Below are positions 9,929 through 14,584 of a stretch of DNA of 14,584 nt, piece by piece. The notes beneath the pieces were generated by a model. That model was not told the origin of the DNA. It did no database searches and saw only the letters and a program-made list of their open reading frames with translations. The position numbers and the translations under genes are program-made. The DNA comes from Paraphysomonas bandaiensis. Lineage: Eukaryota; Protista; Chrysophyceae. The stretch is from assembly GCA_965644295.1 (NCBI GenBank), contig CBFFRP010000203.1, positions 1 through 14,584 on the forward strand. Direction: 5' to 3'. The first letter of the stretch is position 1. Every line of letters begins with the position of its first letter.

Positions 9929-10175
9929 GTATGTATGTATGTATGTATGTATGTATGTATGTATGTATGTATGTATGTACGTATGTATGTATGTATGTAT
10001 GTATGTATGTATGTATGTATGTATGTATGTATGTATGTATGTATGTATGTATGTATGTATGTATGTATGTATGTATGTATGTATGTATGTATGTATGTAT
10101 GTATGTATGTATGTATGTATGTATGTATGTATGTATGTATGTATGTATGTATGTATGTATGTATGTATGTATGTA
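9929..10175. repeat. (TATG)n tetranucleotide microsatellite
   Basis: Nearly pure GTAT run with a single GTAC variant at 9977-9980. Lies between the divergent ELMOD gene and the gene at 10417. Confidence 0.98.
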
Positions 10176-10416
10176 CAGTACGCTAACAGTACGACATATT
10201 TAGATTGCATAAATACCCAGATTTTTATGATCCATTTACGCAATTTAGGATGTAAAATTACAACAATTGTATGTAAAATTACATATCTAGATTATGATAA
10301 AAGTTAATTAGCATGCTTTGCTTCTTAATCTCTGTACATATGGACACAAACAATTATTAATTCAACTATAATCCAGATAACTATTCTACGCAGACAACAT
10401 CCTATCCACTATCTCC

Positions 10417-11193
10417 ATGCAAAACAATGGCAATAAACGCAAGTATGATGACTGTGAGGAAACTCCGTCTTTACTATCTGTATATGAGAATATATCTAGC
10501 AATATATATACATCGGACACTTTGCTAAGTCCGTTATCACCTATACAACGATTCACTTCTACTGATGCAGAATTTTTGATTCTTCTCTACGAGAAGACTT
10601 ATACGAACAGAAAGTTATGTAGTGAGATCGAAGAGCTAATGCGGAATTATGACAAATTGTTAAAAGTTTGTTTGCATTGTGAAACTCATATGCATTTGAC
10701 AAAGAGGCTGGCGAGGTATAAATGAAATGATAGGTATAAATGATGACATAAATGATATGTGGCATCTAGAATCGAGAATGTTCGGAGCTTGAAGAATTTT
10801 GGTAAATCACAAAGTGCTGTGACCTCAAGTAGTAGCGTGGTTCCATCTTTCAATATTAGTTTATATGCAGGTTTCGCTCGCAATATATTGCAATCAATGG
10901 GTTTATTTTAACATTACTTTATAGATAAACATATTAGGCTTAAAACTCTGGCCCAATTAGACGATGCGAAAAGTGAAATCGCTCATTGTAGACAACTGAA
11001 GACCACTCTCGTCGAAGTTATAAGCTCGTTTATCAAAGATGACGACAAGATTGATGATTCTATGGTTACCATACCTACAGATCCTGAAGTTATTGAACGT
11101 TGTAGACACAATGCCCTTCTCTTGCATTACTTACGTAAACTTGAAAGAACTGTCATCGAAATCGACGCCATTCTTACTTCTGTGGGTTTCTGA
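10417..11193 (+). CDS. Spliced hypothetical helical/coiled-coil protein, ~209 aa (222 aa if the first 39-nt intron is retained)
   Basis: Proposed exons 10417-10665, 10705-10715, 10770-10870 and 10925-11193 with GT..AG introns give a continuous frame: MQNNGNKRKYDD...NYDKLLK-RLAR-IENVRSLKNFG...SLYA-DKHIRLKTLAQLDDAKSEI...IDAILTSVGF*. The N-terminal KRK is NLS-like. No family recognised. Confidence 0.65.
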
Positions 11194-11739
11194 AGAGCCA
11201 TGTCTTCGCATGCAATATACCTGTATGATTTTAATATGTGTCTGTATAATACCTGTATAAATACCTTTCATATATATTTATATTATAAAATAGTTACGTC
11301 AATCAGGGCTTTTGAGAACATGTAGTAATTATGTACTGAGTAGCACGATGGGAACAGAGTTACCTGTTTGTAGTTTATACTTCCAGTGTACTGTGCTACG
11401 ATTTGTACTTCACTTACCATTATATCACAAGTTCTAATTACTTGAATCTTACATTAACTTGTATCATTGGCGTATTATTCTCGGAATTCTTGAAATAATG
11501 CTTGCTTCGATATAAAAACCAATAACTTAGAGTTTATAAATGAATTTTATTCTACTATAAAAAACCATAGACCACATATAAAAAGAGCATTAAGAATGTA
11601 GATACTCTCATCAACTAAAGAAAACATTTAATAGAGCATGAAGCAGTAATCAGAATGAAACCTGTAACCTTCAACAGGTACTATTCCATGAATGCAGATA
11701 CTCTTCCGTTTAGGCGTTGTTTGGACTGTGGGTGACAAT

Positions 11740-12669
11740 TCACACGGCCTCCGTGCTGTGGAAGCATTTCGCTTCTTCAGCTTCATCAATATCCCGACTC
11801 ATAAATATTGAGTTGCATATCGACATTCGATGAAATACGGCCAAATAAATACAATATATCAATCCCGTACCTCCAAATAGAATTACATTGATCATAAGTA
11901 CATGTCTACCCATATATCTATACGAGACTGCGCCAATAAATCCTCCCGCAAAATAGCTCACAAACAATGGTAGCATTACTGCTAATTTCCAAGTATCTGT
12001 GTAGCGACCTTTAATTATACGACCTATTACGATTCCTATATCTGTAGCGGTTCCAGTCATGTGGGTAGTACGCAATATATTACCACTGTACTTTGTAGTC
12101 ATTGCATTCTGCATACCACAAGCAACAGCTGCAAAATATGCATACGTCTTATTGTTTGTGTTATTATGCTCATAAAGCTGTAGTAGATAAGCCAGTATAA
12201 GTAGTCCTGTCGCGATTCCAAATACTCTGTTGTATGATCGCCCAAGGTGAAACGTTTGTCGAGGTATTAGTATCGCAGACAAAATACTACCAATGATGAA
12301 GGATAATATTACTCCAAATAGCTCTCCAAACTCATTAAAAGAACCTTCCTCTAAAACTATTGACGCCTTAGTTAGTGATCCAGTTACATGAGACACAGTT
12401 TGCCCGCTGATTAGAAATGTCACAGAGTTCATCACACCAGCATTAAAGGATAACAGCGAACCACCAATAATTATGGCTACAAAGTCCTTTGTATCTCTTT
12501 CATGCAATGGTTTGACCACTATTCCATCAGCAGATGGCTTCCAGAGTGTGTTTAATGCGCTATGTACTCGAGAGGGCGAGTCCTGATAATCCATAGATGC
12601 AACATTGTCAACATCTCTATTAACAATTTCGGTAGACATAATGCAGAGATTTCTATCTGAATGTTTCAT
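11740..12669 (-). CDS. DUF1275 (YoaK-like) multi-pass membrane protein, intronless
   Basis: Family motifs LSFNAGVMN...VSHVTG and ACGMQNAM...LRTTHMTGTATDIG, with about 6 hydrophobic segments. First in-frame ATG at 12669; alternative start at 12639. Confidence 0.9.
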   Translation of the reverse strand: MKHSDRNLCIMSTEIVNRDVDNVASMDYQDSPSRVHSALNTLWKPSADGIVVKPLHERDTKDFVAIIIGGSLLSFNAGVMNSVTFLISGQTVSHVTGSLTKASIVLEEGSFNEFGELFGVILSFIIGSILSAILIPRQTFHLGRSYNRVFGIATGLLILAYLLQLYEHNNTNNKTYAYFAAVACGMQNAMTTKYSGNILRTTHMTGTATDIGIVIGRIIKGRYTDTWKLAVMLPLFVSYFAGGFIGAVSYRYMGRHVLMINVILFGGTGLIYCIYLAVFHRMSICNSIFMSRDIDEAEEAKCFHSTEAV

Positions 12670-13293
12670 ATCTTGCGTACTCTTCAATAGCTTGTGACAT
12701 ATACTATAGTATACATATCAAGAGATTATTGAAGTTGTGATATTCGTAGTTTCATATGCTCGAAGAATTTCTACACCGCACAGAGCCACCTGAGCAAAAC
12801 ATGTATGATCTTCAGCATGTGTGCATATACATAGACAAAAAAAAATACCGTTACGTGATCTACTGCTGTATTATTAATATCTCCACTGTACTCTGGTGTA
12901 GTCGTATCAGCATCCTTTGTATATTTTTGTTCATATATGCCTCTATTATTGAGACAACAATTGTCTGTATATACAGCCGTAGTTGAATATCAGTAATATA
13001 GAGAATATTTGCTTCAATTTATTTCCGTAAAATATGATGCTGCCGATACGGTATTATTTTTTATGAATGTTTGTGGACAGGAGTGGTCAGAACTTTCAGT
13101 TTTCATCAAATAGAATATGAAAATTTGGGAGTTTTTCATAAAAATAGCACTAAATCATAGACAAAAAAATCTGAAAATACAGTTACTGCATGCTTACCAT
13201 AATATGACTATACAACACTCCTCTTCAGCTCACATAATCACACTCTTAATGTAAAGAATCTTAACTTTGAAGAATAAGAAATTATTGAAATAC

Positions 13294-14280
13294 ATGGTAG
13301 TTGCAGAACCTTCCCCTTCCGCTGCATATGAAGGGGTTTCTAAGGAGTTACCAGTCACTGCTATATCACTTGATACAGCATTAGAAAACTTAGGCATAGG
13401 CTGGTTCCAGTACAGACTATTGTTTATGTGTGGATTAAATTTTATGGCTGATTCTATTGAAGTATCGCTGTTATCGTTTGTATCTGTGTGTGTGGGAGTT
13501 CAATGGTCTCTCACTCAGATCGAGTTGGCTTCTATCACATGTTAGTTCTTATTTATTACTCTTTACTTTCGTAATGACACACTGTATGCAGCGACTGTTT
13601 TTGCGGGAGCATTGATTAGCTCAGTGTTCATATGGGGATACGTTGCTGATACTTATGGTCGACGAATCGCTTTTATGTCTGGTTGCCTTCTGATATCGAT
13701 TGGGGGAATCTGTACTGCTTTGTCACCAAATTTATATGTCCTCCTTATTTCGTTATTCATGGTTGGGATGGGTAACGGCTGTATATTTGTGCCCTTTGAT
13801 TTGCTCGCCGAGTTTCTCCCAGCAAATAGTCGAGGATATTTTCTGATAGTAATCAATTATTTCTGGACAATGGGGTCCATACTTGTTGCGGGCTTTGCGT
13901 GGTTACTCTTAGATATCGCCGGATGGCGGGCTCTGGCACTTGTATCCGCTCTCCCTGTAGGTATAGCATGTGTACTTTCTGTTCTGTATCTTCCTGAGTC
14001 ACCGCGGTGGCTCTTGCTCAAAGGGAGAACAAGCGAAGCTGTAGCGGTACTTAATGAGGCGGCAGAGGTCAACGGAATATCGTTGGGTGATTTCGTCTTA
14101 GATGTACCAGATCCATTAGCGTGTGGCCAATCAAATTTGGTGGAAGAAAGTGGCAGCGCTGAAACGACTGCTGAGACTGAAGTGGTTTCTTCGTCTAATG
14201 AATCAGGTGAAGAGGAGTCTACCCGATGGATGGACTTGCTGGAAAACCCTGTTCGATGGGTTACGCTCTCACTCTGGGTT
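13294..14280 (+). CDS. SV2/SVOP-like MFS transporter, N-terminal half only (interrupted at the start of TM7; probably non-functional in this copy)
   Basis: Exon 13294-13540, 51-nt intron 13541-13591 (GTTAGT...TGCAG), exon from 13592. Motifs: IGWFQYRLL...ADSIEV, motif A GYVADTYGRR, LLAEFLP..SRG, GWR, PESPRWLL. Transporter-like sequence ends at VRWVTLSLWV; the frame then runs 19 unrelated codons to TGA at 14338-14340. Confidence 0.88.
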
Positions 14281-14584
14281 ACACACAGACAGGACGAAGG
14301 GGCCGAGGGGTCGCTCTTGCCGCTTAGGCATTCTTCCTGAGCCAGAAGGGCTCTCGTATCGTAATAAAACTTCGTTTTATTACTCTTTCCTTCTCTCTCT
14401 ATCTTTAAATATAATAATTATCTTATATAATAATATTAATAATACTATACTTTAAATAAAAATTAATTACTTTATATAATATTAAATAATTATCTTATAA
14501 TAAAATAAAAATATAGTTTTGGCATTTTGGCTTTCTGGCATTTTGGCTTTTATGAAAATTAGAAAAAGTTATAAAATAAAATTT
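14281..14584. mobile_element. Putative terminus of an inserted AT-rich element (Polinton-like virus, virophage or DNA transposon); runs off the window
   Basis: Abrupt break in a conserved CDS. Starts ACACACAG. 14281-14360 is 48/80 GC, while 14401-14520 is 7/120 GC. Perfect hairpin at 14361-14383; direct repeats at 14413-14427/14485-14499 and 14520-14534/14536-14550. No element genes are visible, so the class is inferred. Confidence 0.5.

Noticed and set aside
29-10175. The two arrays (CATA vs TATG) as terminal inverted repeats of a ~10-kb element
   Set aside because: Their flanks share no similarity, the enclosed genes are ordinary host genes, and the opposite orientation of a common microsatellite is a 50% chance event.
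11740-12669. DUF1275 gene as a recent bacterial transfer because it lacks introns
   Set aside because: The family also occurs in eukaryotes, its composition matches the neighbours, and other genes here are also intronless. A phylogeny would be needed.
14281-14383. Hammerhead or HDV ribozyme, bacterial terminator, or Helitron 3' end
   Set aside because: No CUGANGA/GAAA core or HDV pseudoknot could be built by eye, the context is not bacterial, and there is no CTRR terminus at the junction on either strand.
7098-14455. Short antisense or alternate-frame ORFs overlapping the real genes (e.g. 7098-7352, 7960-8145, 13653-14072, 14123-14455)
   Set aside because: They are shadows of the coding strand with no independent motifs.
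14517-14550. TTGGC repeats as adenovirus-type NFI origin sites
   Set aside because: They are only direct half-sites, not TTGGC-N5-GCCAA, and NFI is an animal factor.

Overview
AT-rich eukaryotic genomic DNA with short GT-AG introns and the standard genetic code; a protist origin is plausible, but the taxon cannot be fixed from this window. Six genes are supportable: (1) an intronless orphan, possibly a beta-sandwich DNA-binding protein (1029-1913, -); (2) an 8-exon coiled-coil protein with a C-terminal C1q/TNF-like domain (5543-8320, +); (3) an ELMO-domain (ELMOD-type) protein (8927-9865, -); (4) a spliced hypothetical protein (10417-11193, +); (5) a DUF1275/YoaK-family membrane protein (11740-12669, -); (6) an SV2/SVOP-like MFS transporter (from 13294, +) that breaks off at the start of TM7. 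At that break (~14281) foreign-looking DNA begins: an ACACAC terminus, an 80-bp GC-rich hairpin-forming block, a perfect GAA-triloop hairpin, then ~6% GC DNA with repeats. This is the best candidate for a novel element, possibly the end of an integrated Polinton-like virus or virophage, although a misassembly is not excluded. There are also two long (CATA/TATG)n microsatellites, one with a hidden 96-bp higher-order period, a concentric palindrome at 2160-2338, and a coding-derived foldback at 2599-2786. No RNA genes or CRISPR arrays were seen. All family assignments are from motif recognition by eye, not database searches.
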